Source of the DNA: Planctomycetota bacterium | GTDB lineage: Bacteria; Planctomycetota; Planctomycetia; Gemmatales; Gemmataceae | Direction: 5' to 3' | Assembly: GCA_016873225.1 (NCBI GenBank) | Contig: VGXS01000018.1 | Span: 11,995 to 75,994, forward strand | Length of the DNA stretch: 64,000 nucleotides | Shown: positions 18,485 through 28,653 of the stretch, piece by piece | How the letters are laid out: each line of letters opens with the position of its first letter | Numbering within the stretch: the stretch's first letter is position 1 | Position numbers and translations under genes: made by a program | Notes under the pieces: model-generated | Databases searched by the model: none | Told to the model about the DNA's origin: nothing | What the model saw: the letters and a program-made list of their open reading frames with translations, nothing else

Positions 18485-20047
18485 ATGTGCGCTCTCTGGA
18501 CGAAAATTCTAATCCTGGCCATGGCGCAAGTCGACGCCGACATCGTGATTTCCGGTGGAACCATCCATGCCGGGGACGGCAAACCGGGATTCGCGGGCGA
18601 CATCGCGATCAAGGGCGACCGGATCGTGGTGGTGGGAACCTTCAAGGCCGCGGGAAATCCGCGCATCATCGATGCGCGGGGGATGGTTGTCGCCCCGGGG
18701 TTCATCGACCTGCACACCCATAGCGACTACCCCCTGCAAAAGACCCCCACCAATGGCAACCAGAATTACCTGGCGCAGGGGGTCACGACGGTAGTGACGG
18801 GCAACTGCGGGTCGGGACCGGTGGACACGGCGGCCTTTTTGGCATCGCTAGCCAAGGTGAAAACCGGATCCAATGTGGCGCATCAGGTTCCCCACAACGA
18901 TGTCCGCAGGCAGGTGATGGGAAATGTCAACCGCGCGCCCACCGAGGCCGAACTCAGGCGCATGGAAGACCTCACCGACAAGGCGATGCGGGATGGCGCC
19001 TGGGGCCTGTCGACGGGCCTGATCTACAACCCGGGGACTTACTCCAAGACGCCGGAACTGTCGGCGCTGGCGAAGGTGGCCTCGCGGCATGGCGGGTTTT
19101 ACGCGAGCCACATCCGCGACGAGGGCGCCGGCGTGCTGGCCGCGGTGGAGGAGGCGATCACGATCGGCAAGGAGGCGAAGTTGCCGGTGCATGTCTCGCA
19201 CATCAAGGTGACGGGCCGGGCCCAATGGGGCAAGGCCGGGGATGTGGCCGAGCGGATCGCCTCGGCGCGCAAGGCCGGGCAGAAGGTCACCGCCGACCAG
19301 TATCCCTACACGGCCAGCAGCACATCGCTCACCGCCACGGTGATTCCCACGCGTTTCCGGGAAGGGGAAAGGGCCGACATGGTGAGGCGCTTCGCCGACC
19401 CGGTTTCGGGGCCGCAGTTGCGCGAGGCCATTTCCCAAGCCTTGGGAAGGCGCGACGCCGGCGCCGACATCCGCATCGCCCGCCACGCCCCCAAGCCGGC
19501 CTGGTCGGGAAAAACCATCAAGGAGATCGCCGAGCAGTCCGGTCGGACGCCCGTCGAGGTGGTGGAGGAAATCGAGCGCAACGGCGGGGCGCAGATCATC
19601 AACTTCGGCATGAACGACGACGACATGCGACTGTTCATGCGCCTCGACTTCGTCGCCACGGCCAGCGACGGCGGGTCGATGGTGCCCGACAAAACCACCT
19701 CGCCGCACCCGCGCAGCTATGGCACCTTCGCGCGCAAGGTGGGCTTTTACTCCATCAAGGAGGGGGTGATTCCCCTGGAGCAGGCGATCCGTTCATGCAG
19801 CGGGCTTCCCGCCGACATCATCGGCTTCACCGACCGCGGTTACCTGAAAGCGGGGCAGTTTGCCGACATCGTGGTGCTTGATCCTGGCATGTTCATCGAC
19901 ACGGCCACCTACGACAAGCCGCACCAGCACGCCCAAGGAGCGGTCGCGGTGCTGGTGAACGGGGTGGAGGCGGTGCGCGGCGGCAAGGCGACGGGCCGGT
20001 TGGCCGGGCGCCCCCTGGTTCACCAGCCGGGCCGGGCCGCGGATTAA
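18485..20047 (+). CDS. N-acyl-D-amino-acid deacylase (D-aminoacylase) family amidohydrolase
   Basis: DIVISGGTIHAGDG...DIAIKGDRIVVVG...PGFIDLHTHSDYPL; about 520 aa, typical for the family. Confidence 0.8.
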   Translation: MCALWTKILILAMAQVDADIVISGGTIHAGDGKPGFAGDIAIKGDRIVVVGTFKAAGNPRIIDARGMVVAPGFIDLHTHSDYPLQKTPTNGNQNYLAQGVTTVVTGNCGSGPVDTAAFLASLAKVKTGSNVAHQVPHNDVRRQVMGNVNRAPTEAELRRMEDLTDKAMRDGAWGLSTGLIYNPGTYSKTPELSALAKVASRHGGFYASHIRDEGAGVLAAVEEAITIGKEAKLPVHVSHIKVTGRAQWGKAGDVAERIASARKAGQKVTADQYPYTASSTSLTATVIPTRFREGERADMVRRFADPVSGPQLREAISQALGRRDAGADIRIARHAPKPAWSGKTIKEIAEQSGRTPVEVVEEIERNGGAQIINFGMNDDDMRLFMRLDFVATASDGGSMVPDKTTSPHPRSYGTFARKVGFYSIKEGVIPLEQAIRSCSGLPADIIGFTDRGYLKAGQFADIVVLDPGMFIDTATYDKPHQHAQGAVAVLVNGVEAVRGGKATGRLAGRPLVHQPGRAAD

Positions 20048-20056
20048 ACGCCCAGG

Positions 20057-20974
20057 TCAACGCTTCATCAGGTTCTTGTCGAAGAAGGCCATGAGCGCCG
20101 CCTCGGCGGTCTCGGCGTCCTTGCCCTTGAAGCCGTGGCCGGCGCCCTGAAGGGTGAGCAGTTCGGCGCTGGCACCCGAGGCGTTGATCTTGTCGACAAG
20201 CCAGACGGCCTGCTCATGGGCCACATACTTGTCCTCGGTGCCGTGGATGCACAGGGTGGGGGCGGCGCGCGGCGTGACCCAATAAAGGGGGCTGGCCAGC
20301 AGGTGCCTGAACCTTTGGGTCTCGAGGTTGCCGCCCAAAAACAGGGGCAGGACCTCGGCGGCGTCGACACTCTTGCCATACGACTTGGTGAAGTCGCTGG
20401 GCCCGTAGACATTCACGACGCAGGCGACGGCGCTCGACTCCCCGGCGTTGCCGCCTTCCCCCTCGAACTCCCTGACGCCGGCGGTGACCCCGAGGAATTG
20501 GGCGAGGTGTCCCCCGGCGGAACCGCCGGTGGCGCCGATGCGCGCCGGGTCGACCTTGTATTTGGCGGCGTTGGCGCGAACCCAGCGCACCGCGGCCTTG
20601 GTGTCGTGCACCGCCGCGGGGAACGGGTATTTGGGGGCCAGGCGGTAGGTGACCGTCACGGCCACATAGCCGCGCTCGGCGAGTCGGACCACGAGGCCGT
20701 CATAGCTTTCCCGCTTGCCAGCGCGGAAACCGCCGCCATGGATGCAGACGACGGCGGGGAATGGCCCGTCGCCGGACTTGGGGCGGGCCATGTTGAGCAG
20801 GAGATGCTGCCCATCGGGGTTGGCATACTCGATCCCGGCCTCAAGGACAACCGAGTCGGGAACCTTCGGGGCCGCCTGCGCCCGCGCGAGGGCGGCGGAC
20901 GCCAAGGTTAGCGCAAAAGCAGATATCCAGACACGCGCAATCGTCGGCATGGGGTTTCTCCGGATGGCATTCAT
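20057..20974 (-). CDS. alpha/beta hydrolase (esterase/lipase, Aes-like), secreted
   Basis: HGGG oxyanion motif (VCIHGGGFRAGK), nucleophile elbow GGSAGGHLA, and an N-terminal signal peptide. Confidence 0.8.
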   Translation of the reverse strand: MNAIRRNPMPTIARVWISAFALTLASAALARAQAAPKVPDSVVLEAGIEYANPDGQHLLLNMARPKSGDGPFPAVVCIHGGGFRAGKRESYDGLVVRLAERGYVAVTVTYRLAPKYPFPAAVHDTKAAVRWVRANAAKYKVDPARIGATGGSAGGHLAQFLGVTAGVREFEGEGGNAGESSAVACVVNVYGPSDFTKSYGKSVDAAEVLPLFLGGNLETQRFRHLLASPLYWVTPRAAPTLCIHGTEDKYVAHEQAVWLVDKINASGASAELLTLQGAGHGFKGKDAETAEAALMAFFDKNLMKR

Positions 20975-20996
20975 CCCTGGCTTGGCAACGGAACCG

Positions 20997-21254
20997 TCAT
21001 TCCCTTTCCCGGCGGTCGACCACGAATCCGCGGGCGGCGTCCACCGTGAGGGGAGGGTCGGCCGTCACCCAGCCACCCTCGCCCGTCACGGCCTCCAGCA
21101 ACACGGCCCCGGGCACGCCCTCGGGCCCCAGCAAGCGCACCCGCACCCGAACGCCGGCGGGAACATCGGCGAGGTGGAACCGGCCAACCAGGCGCGGTTC
21201 GGCGAACAGGAACCGGTGATCCGGGTCGCGGTGGATCGGGATCACCGGAACCAT
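20997..21254 (-). CDS. small hypothetical protein (85 aa)
   Basis: The only sizeable ORF in the 296-nt gap between the ThuA-like and esterase genes. No recognisable domain. The longer 132-aa version in the track overlaps the ThuA-like gene. Confidence 0.25.
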   Translation of the reverse strand: MVPVIPIHRDPDHRFLFAEPRLVGRFHLADVPAGVRVRVRLLGPEGVPGAVLLEAVTGEGGWVTADPPLTVDAARGFVVDRRERE

Positions 21255-21270
21255 CCCAAGCAGTCCGGTG

Positions 21271-22224
21271 TCACTGCTCGTTGATTTCCTTCTCGAACTT
21301 GGCGAAGTCGAACTTCTCGGGAACCGGCCAGTCCTGGTTCTCCCGCAGTTCCTCAATCGTGGGCCGCTTCGATTCCACGCCCGCGGCGGGAACATCGAGC
21401 TTGGCGGTCCAGGCGATGGCGTTGAGGACCATCTTGCGGTTCATGTCGTTGGCCCAGGTCCAGTGGAAGTGTCCGCCGGTGAACCCGAAGCCGCGTCCGC
21501 CATCGGGACGCTGGCGCGCCCAGGCCAGCACCTGCTTCTCGCCGCGGGCCACCGCCGCGCGCACCGCCGGGTTGCCGCTGTGCGGGCCATCGGGGCGCTT
21601 GAGCGTGTCGGCGGGGGGCAGAGCCGAGAGGATGAAGGCGAGGCCATCCTTGTCTTCCCTGAAACGCATGTGGTAGTACCACTCGTCCTGGGTGGAGTAG
21701 GGCTTCACGCCGCTGGTGACCGGATGGCCCTTGGCCAACTCGGCGTCCTTGACCTTCCAGTGCGGGTTCACCGACCAGTTCATCTCGAAATATCCGCCGA
21801 TCCAGTCGAGGAACCGGTCGCCGCTGGGCCCCTTGGTGGTTTCCACCCCGTAGTGCATCATCGTGATGCCGACACCCTTCTTGGCGAACTTGTCGATCTG
21901 CTCGAGGTGCTTGTTGACCGGATGGCCAGCGCCGCCGTCGCAGTAGATGACGATGGCGTCGGCGGAGTCGAGGACGGTGGTGTCCTTGGGCCAGCCGTTG
22001 GTGTGGAGTTCGGTCACCACCTTGCCGGGATACGCCGCTTCCAGCCTTTTCCTAAGAAGCTCGCACCCGGCCTTGAAGGCATGCTGCCCGTAGGCATGGC
22101 TGCGTCCGCCGGCGATGAAGACAACCTTCTTGGCGGCTGAGGCGGACTTGGGGGTGTCGGCGGCCGTGGCGAGGGGCAGGGCCGCGAGGCCGAATGCCAG
22201 CGCCAACGCGAGGCGGCGGATCAT
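21271..22224 (-). CDS. ThuA-like (trehalose utilisation domain) protein, secreted
   Basis: KVVFIAGGRSHAYGQHAFKAGCELLRKRL...GWPKD...ADAIVIYCDGGAGHP resembles planctomycete ThuA-domain proteins. Signal peptide from ATG 22224 (MIRRLALALAFGLAALPLATAA). Confidence 0.7.
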   Translation of the reverse strand: MIRRLALALAFGLAALPLATAADTPKSASAAKKVVFIAGGRSHAYGQHAFKAGCELLRKRLEAAYPGKVVTELHTNGWPKDTTVLDSADAIVIYCDGGAGHPVNKHLEQIDKFAKKGVGITMMHYGVETTKGPSGDRFLDWIGGYFEMNWSVNPHWKVKDAELAKGHPVTSGVKPYSTQDEWYYHMRFREDKDGLAFILSALPPADTLKRPDGPHSGNPAVRAAVARGEKQVLAWARQRPDGGRGFGFTGGHFHWTWANDMNRKMVLNAIAWTAKLDVPAAGVESKRPTIEELRENQDWPVPEKFDFAKFEKEINEQ

Positions 22225-22376
22225 GGGGAGGGTCTCCGGTCTGCGGCGCCGGTGCCTGGGGCCCCGCCCCCGGCGCGTCGGGCGCCCGTGGATGACCGGC
22301 AGTTTAGCATAGCCGGGCGCCATTCCAACCTCATGAAACCTTGATCCCGCCCGGCCTTTTCGATTCTGCTTCCCGC

Positions 22377-23483
22377 ATGAACGCCATCGCGCTCGCCATC
22401 GTGGTCCTGCTGGCCGGACAAGCCGCCGAGGTTCGCCTCAGGGGTCCGGTGCATGAGGCCTTCGCCATCACCGGCGAGTCCCGGGCGCCCCGGTTGGCAC
22501 CCCAGCCGCCCGCGCCGCTCGCCGAAGCCGTGCCCAAGGCCTATCCGGGGCCGGGAGCCATGTGGATTCCCGGCTACTGGGATTTCGACGCGGAGGAAAA
22601 CGACTGGACATGGGTCTCGGGCACCTGGCGATTCCCTCCCGCCGGACACGCCTGGATCAACGGCTACTGGCACTCGGCCGCCGGCGGCTGGCAGCGGGTT
22701 CCCGGCATCTGGTATCCGTCGTTCGCGGGACAGGCCCGGCTTGCCTATGTGGCCCCTTCAACCGCCCGGCCGCCCATGCAGCCGCCTCCACCCCGCCCGG
22801 CGCGCGGTGACGATCCCGACCTTGTTTTCATCCCGGGGGAATGGCAGTCCCTGGGCAACCGTCTCCAATGGGTGAGCGGCAAGCGGATTGGATTTCCCGA
22901 GGGCCAGGGCTGGACTCCCGGAAGGCTCGCCTGGACGCCCGCGGGCGTCCTCCCCGTTTCGGGGCATGCCGACCTGTCTCCCGAAGCCAGGGGGTGGGCG
23001 TTCGCGCCGCTCCGCGCCCGGCCCGGGGCGGCGATCGAGCCGCAATGGATCTGGACAGCCCGCGCATGGCTGGAATTCGCCTGGAGGGACCCGGAAGGGC
23101 CCTATCGCCTGGGCGACTATCATGGAACTTTCTGGATCGACCATGGGCTTGTCAGCGCCCTCGACGCCATGCGCCAGAAGGGAGACCCGTTCCTCGAACC
23201 GCAGGCCCGCAGGCTCGCCAGCGCCGTTGCCGTCGAACAGGCCCAGTACATCCTCAGGGAGCGCTCGATGGGCCGGCAGCCGTTGCCTCCCCGCGCGCTC
23301 ACCCGGGAATCGGCCGCCAACCAGCCTTGGCTGGTTCAAGCCAAGGGCGAACCCACCCCCGAGGCTACCTTGAGGCGGGAGGAGGAACGGCTCAAGTATT
23401 TCGAGAAGCAGTCCAAGGCCCGCCAGCGGCTGGAACAGGGCATCAAGCGATTGCCCGCGAGCGGCCTGATTGAGCTGAATTGA
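22377..23483 (+). CDS. secreted protein with WxxGxW / YxWGxW-type repeats
   Basis: WIPGYWDFDAEENDWTWVSGTWRFPPAGHAWINGYWHSAAGGWQRVPGIWY. Signal peptide from ATG 22377. Confidence 0.6.
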   Translation: MNAIALAIVVLLAGQAAEVRLRGPVHEAFAITGESRAPRLAPQPPAPLAEAVPKAYPGPGAMWIPGYWDFDAEENDWTWVSGTWRFPPAGHAWINGYWHSAAGGWQRVPGIWYPSFAGQARLAYVAPSTARPPMQPPPPRPARGDDPDLVFIPGEWQSLGNRLQWVSGKRIGFPEGQGWTPGRLAWTPAGVLPVSGHADLSPEARGWAFAPLRARPGAAIEPQWIWTARAWLEFAWRDPEGPYRLGDYHGTFWIDHGLVSALDAMRQKGDPFLEPQARRLASAVAVEQAQYILRERSMGRQPLPPRALTRESAANQPWLVQAKGEPTPEATLRREEERLKYFEKQSKARQRLEQGIKRLPASGLIELN

Positions 23484-23716
23484 CCTGCAAGTCAAGAAAG
23501 CGGCGCGCAGGCACACTCCCGCCGTCACGATCGGCACGACCAGCAGCCTTGACAAATCCTTCCTGTTTCTACCCTCTTTAGCAAATTTCACCTAATCTCT
23601 CTTATTTTTTAAATTACCCATCCATTCTTGCCGTGCATAATCCCCCAGAGTGCAAGCAGGTGGGTCGCCCGGGGTTGGGTCGGCGTCATTTGCGGCAAGT
23701 TCTCTGGAGTGCGTCC

Positions 23717-24691
23717 ATGTTTTCCAACAACTACCTGGCCGTGCTGGCCGGGTTGCTCGCCGCCGGCGGCGTGTTCGCCGCTGACAAGGCCCAGCAGGAT
23801 GGCGGCAAGGGGCAGACCCCCCAGGCGCCAACCACGCGGGTGGTCATGGTCAAGGAGTGCGTGCCCGAGACCTACCAGTGCAAGGTCGTCACCTACAAGA
23901 ACGAGTGGGTGGACGAGAATGTGCGGGTCTGCCGCATGGTGAAGGTTCCCGAAACCCGCACCCGCACCGTCGTGCACCATGAGTGGGTGACGGAAATGAG
24001 GCAGGTCACCAAGAAGCACTGGGAATGGGCCTGCGTCGAGGAAACCAAGACCGTCTACCGCAAGGTCACCACCTGCAAGCCCGTCACGACCTTCGTGACC
24101 AAGGTGGAAGACCGCGGCTACTGGACCTGCAAGGAAGTTCCCACGCTTCATTCCCGCCTCAAGATGGCGGTGGGCCACCTCTGCGCCTCGAAGGGCGAGT
24201 CGCATCATGTGTCGTTCGAGGGCAAGGGCGGCAAGGGGGAAACCGTGGTTTCCAAATGCGAGCCCTGCATTGAAACCCGCATGGTGCGTTGCTGGCACCC
24301 CTGCCGGGTGACGGTCCAGTGCCCGGTGACCGTCATGAAGAAGGTGACCGAATGCGTGCCCGAAACCGTGACCTGCATGAAGAAGAAACTGGTCTGCCGC
24401 GAGACCGTGTGCGAGAAGCCTGTGAAGGTCTGCAAGCCCGTCTGCCACACCGAGACCTTCACCGTCTGCGTCTGCCGGCCCGAGTGGACCACGGAGACCC
24501 GCCAGGTGTGCCGCAAGGTGCCTGTCGAGAGCGTCGAGACCCGCACCCGCTATGTAGCCCGCTGCGTGGCCAAGGAAGTGCCGATCGAGACCTGCGACAC
24601 CTGTGAAGGCTGCCTCACCGGCAAGGTGAAAGATCTGATGGGCAGGGCCCGCGGCATCCTCGGGCACAAGAAGGCCTGCGACTGCGAATAA
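23717..24691 (+). CDS. Cys-rich, Val/Thr/Lys-rich repeat secreted protein (possibly planctomycetal YTV-like)
   Basis: Signal peptide MFSNNYLAVLAGLLAAGGVFAA, then degenerate repeats such as CVPETYQCKVVTYK, TKTVYRKVTTCKPV, TECVPETVTCMKKKLVCRETVCEKPVKVCKPVCHTETFTVCVC. Confidence 0.65.
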   Translation: MFSNNYLAVLAGLLAAGGVFAADKAQQDGGKGQTPQAPTTRVVMVKECVPETYQCKVVTYKNEWVDENVRVCRMVKVPETRTRTVVHHEWVTEMRQVTKKHWEWACVEETKTVYRKVTTCKPVTTFVTKVEDRGYWTCKEVPTLHSRLKMAVGHLCASKGESHHVSFEGKGGKGETVVSKCEPCIETRMVRCWHPCRVTVQCPVTVMKKVTECVPETVTCMKKKLVCRETVCEKPVKVCKPVCHTETFTVCVCRPEWTTETRQVCRKVPVESVETRTRYVARCVAKEVPIETCDTCEGCLTGKVKDLMGRARGILGHKKACDCE

Positions 24692-24715
24692 GCCAGCCGC
24701 CCAAGAAATCCAGTA

Positions 24716-24748
24716 GGCCCGGGAATGTTCCCGGGCCCGCTCGTTTTG
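24716..24748 (+). terminator. rho-independent terminator after the Cys-rich protein gene
   Basis: GGCCCGGGAA-TG(T)-TTCCCGGGCC 10-bp stem, followed by CGCTCGTTTTG. Confidence 0.6.
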
Positions 24749-24815
24749 TAGTTGTTAACTATTTCAAGTCGCTGAAATAAAAATCATTTTCCCCGCCCTG
24801 ATCGGCTTCGCCCAT

Positions 24816-26609
24816 TCAGCGAATGGACATCGGCTCAATCGGCAGCAGGTACACCGGGCCGCCCCTGAGGTTAGCCAGCCCGGCCCCGATCGCCAGGGCC
24901 TTTCGCGCACTCGGGCCGGCGGCCCCATTGGCCAAGGCCTGTCCGAACGCGTTCGTCATGGCGCCGACGCCCAACTCGAAGTCGAGGAGCGAATCAAGGA
25001 CGCTGCCGGCCTTGGGCAGGCGAAGCAACTCGGGTGGCTTGTCCTTGGGCATGTCGGTCAGGTCGCGCGCCACGAGGATGGCCTGATCCAAGGTGCCTAG
25101 TTCATCCACCAGTCCGTTGGCGAGAGCCTGCCGGCCCGTCCAGACCCTGCCGCCGGCCAGGGACTTGATCTTTTCCACGCCCATGCCGGCCTTCCCGGCG
25201 TTCTTGCGTCCCTCGGCGGCCTTGGCGAGGAACTGCCCGTAAGTTTCCTCGATGAGCTTCGACATCGACTGGCGTTCGGAATCGGAAAACGGGTTGCCGC
25301 CGCTGAGCACCCCCGCGTTGGCTCCCCGGCTCACCACCTCGGTGCGCAACCCGGCCTTTTCCATGACCGGTCCATAGGCCAGCTTGCCGCCGAAAACCCC
25401 GATCGACCCGGTGATGGTCGATGGTTCGGCGATGATCCGGCGGGCCGCCATCGCGATGTAGTATCCCCCGCTGGCGGCGACATCACCCATGCTGGCGATG
25501 ACAGGTTTCTTGCAACGCCTGAGCTCGGCCCAGATGAGGTCGCTGGCCAGCGCCGATCCGCCGGGGCTGTCGATCCTCAGCACGATCGCCTTGACAGTGG
25601 CGTCGTCCTCGGCCTGCCTGATCGCCTCGACGATGGTATCGCTGCCCACCTTGGAGCCCATCAGGCCCACGCCGCTCTTGCCCGTGTCGATGGCGCCGAC
25701 GGCGTAGATGACGGCGACACGCGGATCCTTGCCTGCCTTGGACTTCGGCGGATTCAGGGCCTTGAGAAGAGAAAAAGGATTGGAGAAGTCGATTTCAGTC
25801 GCCTTCTTCTTCTCATAGTCGTTCACCACCTGGGCTCCGGCCCCGGCGAACCCGATGGCCCGCTCGAGCGCCTCGTGCCGGTAACCGACGCGGTCGAGAA
25901 GGCCGGCCTCAAGGGCGTCGCGCGCGGACAGCGGCGCCTTGTCGATGGCGGCCTTGACTCCCTGGGCGGTGAGCTTGCCCGCGGGGCGGGCCTTCAGGAT
26001 GCCGCCGATGATCGCCTTGTTGAAGAAATCGTCGAGCATCTCGGTCATCTGGCGGCGGGCCGGTTCGCTCAGGCTGGTGCGGGTGTAAGGCTCCACCGCC
26101 GACTTGAAGTCACCCACCTTCAGGAAATCGGCCTTCACACCCAAAAGATCGAAAATTTCCTTGTAAAAGTAGACCTCGCTGCGGACGCCAACCAGCATCA
26201 TCCAGGCCGATTCCGGCATCCAGAACTCGTCGGCCTCGAGGCCGAGCAGGATGTCGCGTGACTCACCTGATGACGAATAGGCGACGACCTTCTTGCCGGC
26301 CTTGCGGACTGCTGAAACGGCATCTCGCAACTCGTCAAGCAATCCGAATCCGCACTCGACGCCGGCAAGGTCGAGGAACACGGCGCGCACCGCCTTGTCC
26401 GACTGGGCCTTGGCAAGCCTCTCCCTGATGAAGTGCAGGTCCTTCTCGGCGCGCATCGAATCGGCGGAGACGGTGCCCTCGCCCACCTCGCCGGACAGGC
26501 GCACATGCGCCACCTTGGGATTGGGAGCGTCATCGGCGCAACAGGCGGTGCCCGCGGCAACGCCGATGGCCAGGAATGCCGCAAGGCTCGCAACAAGGAC
26601 AGCGCGCAT
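24816..26609 (-). CDS. sppA: signal peptide peptidase SppA, 67K (two-domain) type
   Basis: Two ClpP/crotonase-like halves; RIDSPGGSALASDLIWAELRR and SMGDVAASGGYYIAMAARR motifs; N-terminal TM segment. Confidence 0.9.
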   Translation of the reverse strand: MRAVLVASLAAFLAIGVAAGTACCADDAPNPKVAHVRLSGEVGEGTVSADSMRAEKDLHFIRERLAKAQSDKAVRAVFLDLAGVECGFGLLDELRDAVSAVRKAGKKVVAYSSSGESRDILLGLEADEFWMPESAWMMLVGVRSEVYFYKEIFDLLGVKADFLKVGDFKSAVEPYTRTSLSEPARRQMTEMLDDFFNKAIIGGILKARPAGKLTAQGVKAAIDKAPLSARDALEAGLLDRVGYRHEALERAIGFAGAGAQVVNDYEKKKATEIDFSNPFSLLKALNPPKSKAGKDPRVAVIYAVGAIDTGKSGVGLMGSKVGSDTIVEAIRQAEDDATVKAIVLRIDSPGGSALASDLIWAELRRCKKPVIASMGDVAASGGYYIAMAARRIIAEPSTITGSIGVFGGKLAYGPVMEKAGLRTEVVSRGANAGVLSGGNPFSDSERQSMSKLIEETYGQFLAKAAEGRKNAGKAGMGVEKIKSLAGGRVWTGRQALANGLVDELGTLDQAILVARDLTDMPKDKPPELLRLPKAGSVLDSLLDFELGVGAMTNAFGQALANGAAGPSARKALAIGAGLANLRGGPVYLLPIEPMSIR

Positions 26610-26710
26610 GACTCATATCCTCCCGTTCATGGCCGCGGGTTCGAATCGCAAGGTCGGCTGACAAACGAATTCTAGGGCACCGGCGCCCGCGGCATGGGCT
26701 GGCCGGGGCG

Positions 26711-27115
26711 TCACTTCCGCTCCTCGGCGCTAAAGCGCACATTCGAGTTCATGACGAAGACCTTGCCGTGGGCTCGGAGATCCCGGGTCCTGCCGCGAGC
26801 CAGGGTAAACCGCACCTGTTCCGGGAAAGACTCGAGCACGGCGTGCTCGAGCTTGTCGCCGCCGGAACCCCTCCACGCGAAAACAAGCACGACCTGGCTG
26901 GCGAAGTCCACCTTCCGGGTGACGATGGCCAAGGCCTCCTTGTCGAACGCCTTGGCGGCCTCTTCCGGCGTCCTGATGACGGCGGGCTTGTTCCACGCCG
27001 CCGGTTCGACCGTCACCTTGCCGGGCGCCACCGCCAATTCGGCGATGGGCTCGCGCGCGGCCGGCGGCAAGGCCATGGCCCACGACATCAGCGATATCCA
27101 AACAACCTTGTTCAT
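26711..27115 (-). CDS. hypothetical secreted protein
   Basis: Signal-like MNKVVWISLMSWAMALPPAA; no recognisable domain. Confidence 0.5.
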   Translation of the reverse strand: MNKVVWISLMSWAMALPPAAREPIAELAVAPGKVTVEPAAWNKPAVIRTPEEAAKAFDKEALAIVTRKVDFASQVVLVFAWRGSGGDKLEHAVLESFPEQVRFTLARGRTRDLRAHGKVFVMNSNVRFSAEERK

Positions 27116-27399
27116 GGGAAGGCCTCTACTGGATGGTTGGAAAACACGCGCGGCCTGCCGGTGGCCATTTGGGAAAGCGGCGGGCGTTCAACTCCCGGGG
27201 AGTGATTTCCCCCGCTTGTCGTATCCACCGCGACCACGCTCCCGGGATACCGCTCCCGATAAATGATCCTGGCGCGGAACCCATAGTCGTTTATAACATC
27301 GTACTTGGAAATGATCATCTGGAAATCCCATGCCGGATTCTGGCCGTAGGGCTCTTGCTGACGCCCCCCCGCTGGGTGCTTGAAAACTTCACTGGCCAT
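27112..27399 (-). CDS. hypothetical small protein
   Basis: ORF whose stop overlaps the start of the downstream gene. Start placed at ATG 27399; the track extends to 27561. No domain recognised. Confidence 0.3.
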   Translation of the reverse strand: MASEVFKHPAGGRQQEPYGQNPAWDFQMIISKYDVINDYGFRARIIYRERYPGSVVAVDTTSGGNHSPGVERPPLSQMATGRPRVFSNHPVEAFP

Positions 27400-27618
27400 G
27401 GTTCTTGCCAGAATGATGGTTGCAGCCCGTGCGGCGAGGCGCCCGGGTGGCGATATTTCAACTTTCCCCGGGAGAAGCGCGACAAGCGGACCAGGAACAA
27501 GGTCCGGCCGAGTGCCCCTTTGCGCAATCATGGGCCCGGGGGTTTCGCGCCACGGGCGCACCGGGTAGTCTCGACCTGCTCGCCCTGCTGACCCACCCGC
27601 CCCCTTGAGGAAACTAGC

Positions 27619-28512
27619 ATGCGGACATTGGCGGCCTTCGTTTCATTCGTGGTGTTCCCCGCCCTCACCCTCACCGGCTCGGCATGGTTGTTCCAGGGAA
27701 ACGATGACGCCGCGCGCGCCGTGGCCCTGGAACTGTTCCAGTCCCTCGACGAGGAACAGAAGGGCTTGGCCCTGAAGCCCTTCGAGGACAAGGACAGGCA
27801 CGCCGAGGTTTTCCCGGCCGCGGAACGCAAGGGACTGCCCCTGGACAAGCTCAAGCCGGCGCAGGTCGCACTTGTGGACAAGATGTTGCTGGCGATGACC
27901 TCCGAGTATGGCGCGGGACGCTGCAAGGAGATCGCCAAGCAAACCCCGGCGAACCGCAGGTATGTGAACTTCTTCGGGACGCCTGGCGCGGGCAAGTCGT
28001 TCGCCTTCAGGATCGCCCAGCACCATCTCACGCTGGTTCACTGTGAATTCCAGCCCGACATGGGCCGGGAGTTCGGGCCGGTGCTTCTGGGGGGCAATCC
28101 CGTCGGCCAACTTTGGGAGGCCGAGGAGTCAATCCTGCTGGAGCTGGCCAAGAGCCTTGACAAGGAAGCCCTTGAAAAGCTCAAGGGGCCCGGGGGATCG
28201 GGACAGGCGGTGGGCAAGGCGGGAGTGGCCCTCAAGGACCTTCCCAAGCCGGCGGCGGAACTGGCGCGCAAGCTGCTCGCCAAGAGGCTCGAGGTCTTTT
28301 CCGCCGACCGCAAGTCGAAGTTCGAGTCGATCATCGCCGCGCAGGGTGGCGTCGATTCCCTGCGCTTGGTGCTCAACGGAAACGCCACCGCTGGTCACCT
28401 GCAGGGCGGAAACTATTCGTGGAAGTTCGGCAATGACTCGGTCTTGGTGGATTGGCAAACCGCCGGCAAGAACCACCTTCACCTCACGGTGCGGGCCAGG
28501 GCCAAGGGATAA
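27619..28512 (+). CDS. DUF3500-like secreted protein
   Basis: Signal peptide, then A..L..SLDEEQK....PFEDKDR......RKGLPLDKL...Q, a pattern reminiscent of DUF3500. Confidence 0.5.
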   Translation: MRTLAAFVSFVVFPALTLTGSAWLFQGNDDAARAVALELFQSLDEEQKGLALKPFEDKDRHAEVFPAAERKGLPLDKLKPAQVALVDKMLLAMTSEYGAGRCKEIAKQTPANRRYVNFFGTPGAGKSFAFRIAQHHLTLVHCEFQPDMGREFGPVLLGGNPVGQLWEAEESILLELAKSLDKEALEKLKGPGGSGQAVGKAGVALKDLPKPAAELARKLLAKRLEVFSADRKSKFESIIAAQGGVDSLRLVLNGNATAGHLQGGNYSWKFGNDSVLVDWQTAGKNHLHLTVRARAKG

Positions 28513-28653
28513 GTCCGATTAAGCCGGGCGGCCACGACGGGCGCGTTGGAGTTATCGGGCTTAAGGAAGATCATGTAAGGCGGGATTAATTGCCCGCGAG
28601 GAAAGGATTGGGGGAGCCATTAGTCCCCCCAATCCATGGCACGCTGAAGAAAA

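Noticed and set aside
27696-27712. Additional parS-like sequence TGTTCCAGGGAAACG inside the DUF3500-like gene
   Set aside because: It requires a 1-nt deletion in the spacer and has mismatched half-sites, so it is not a convincing palindrome.
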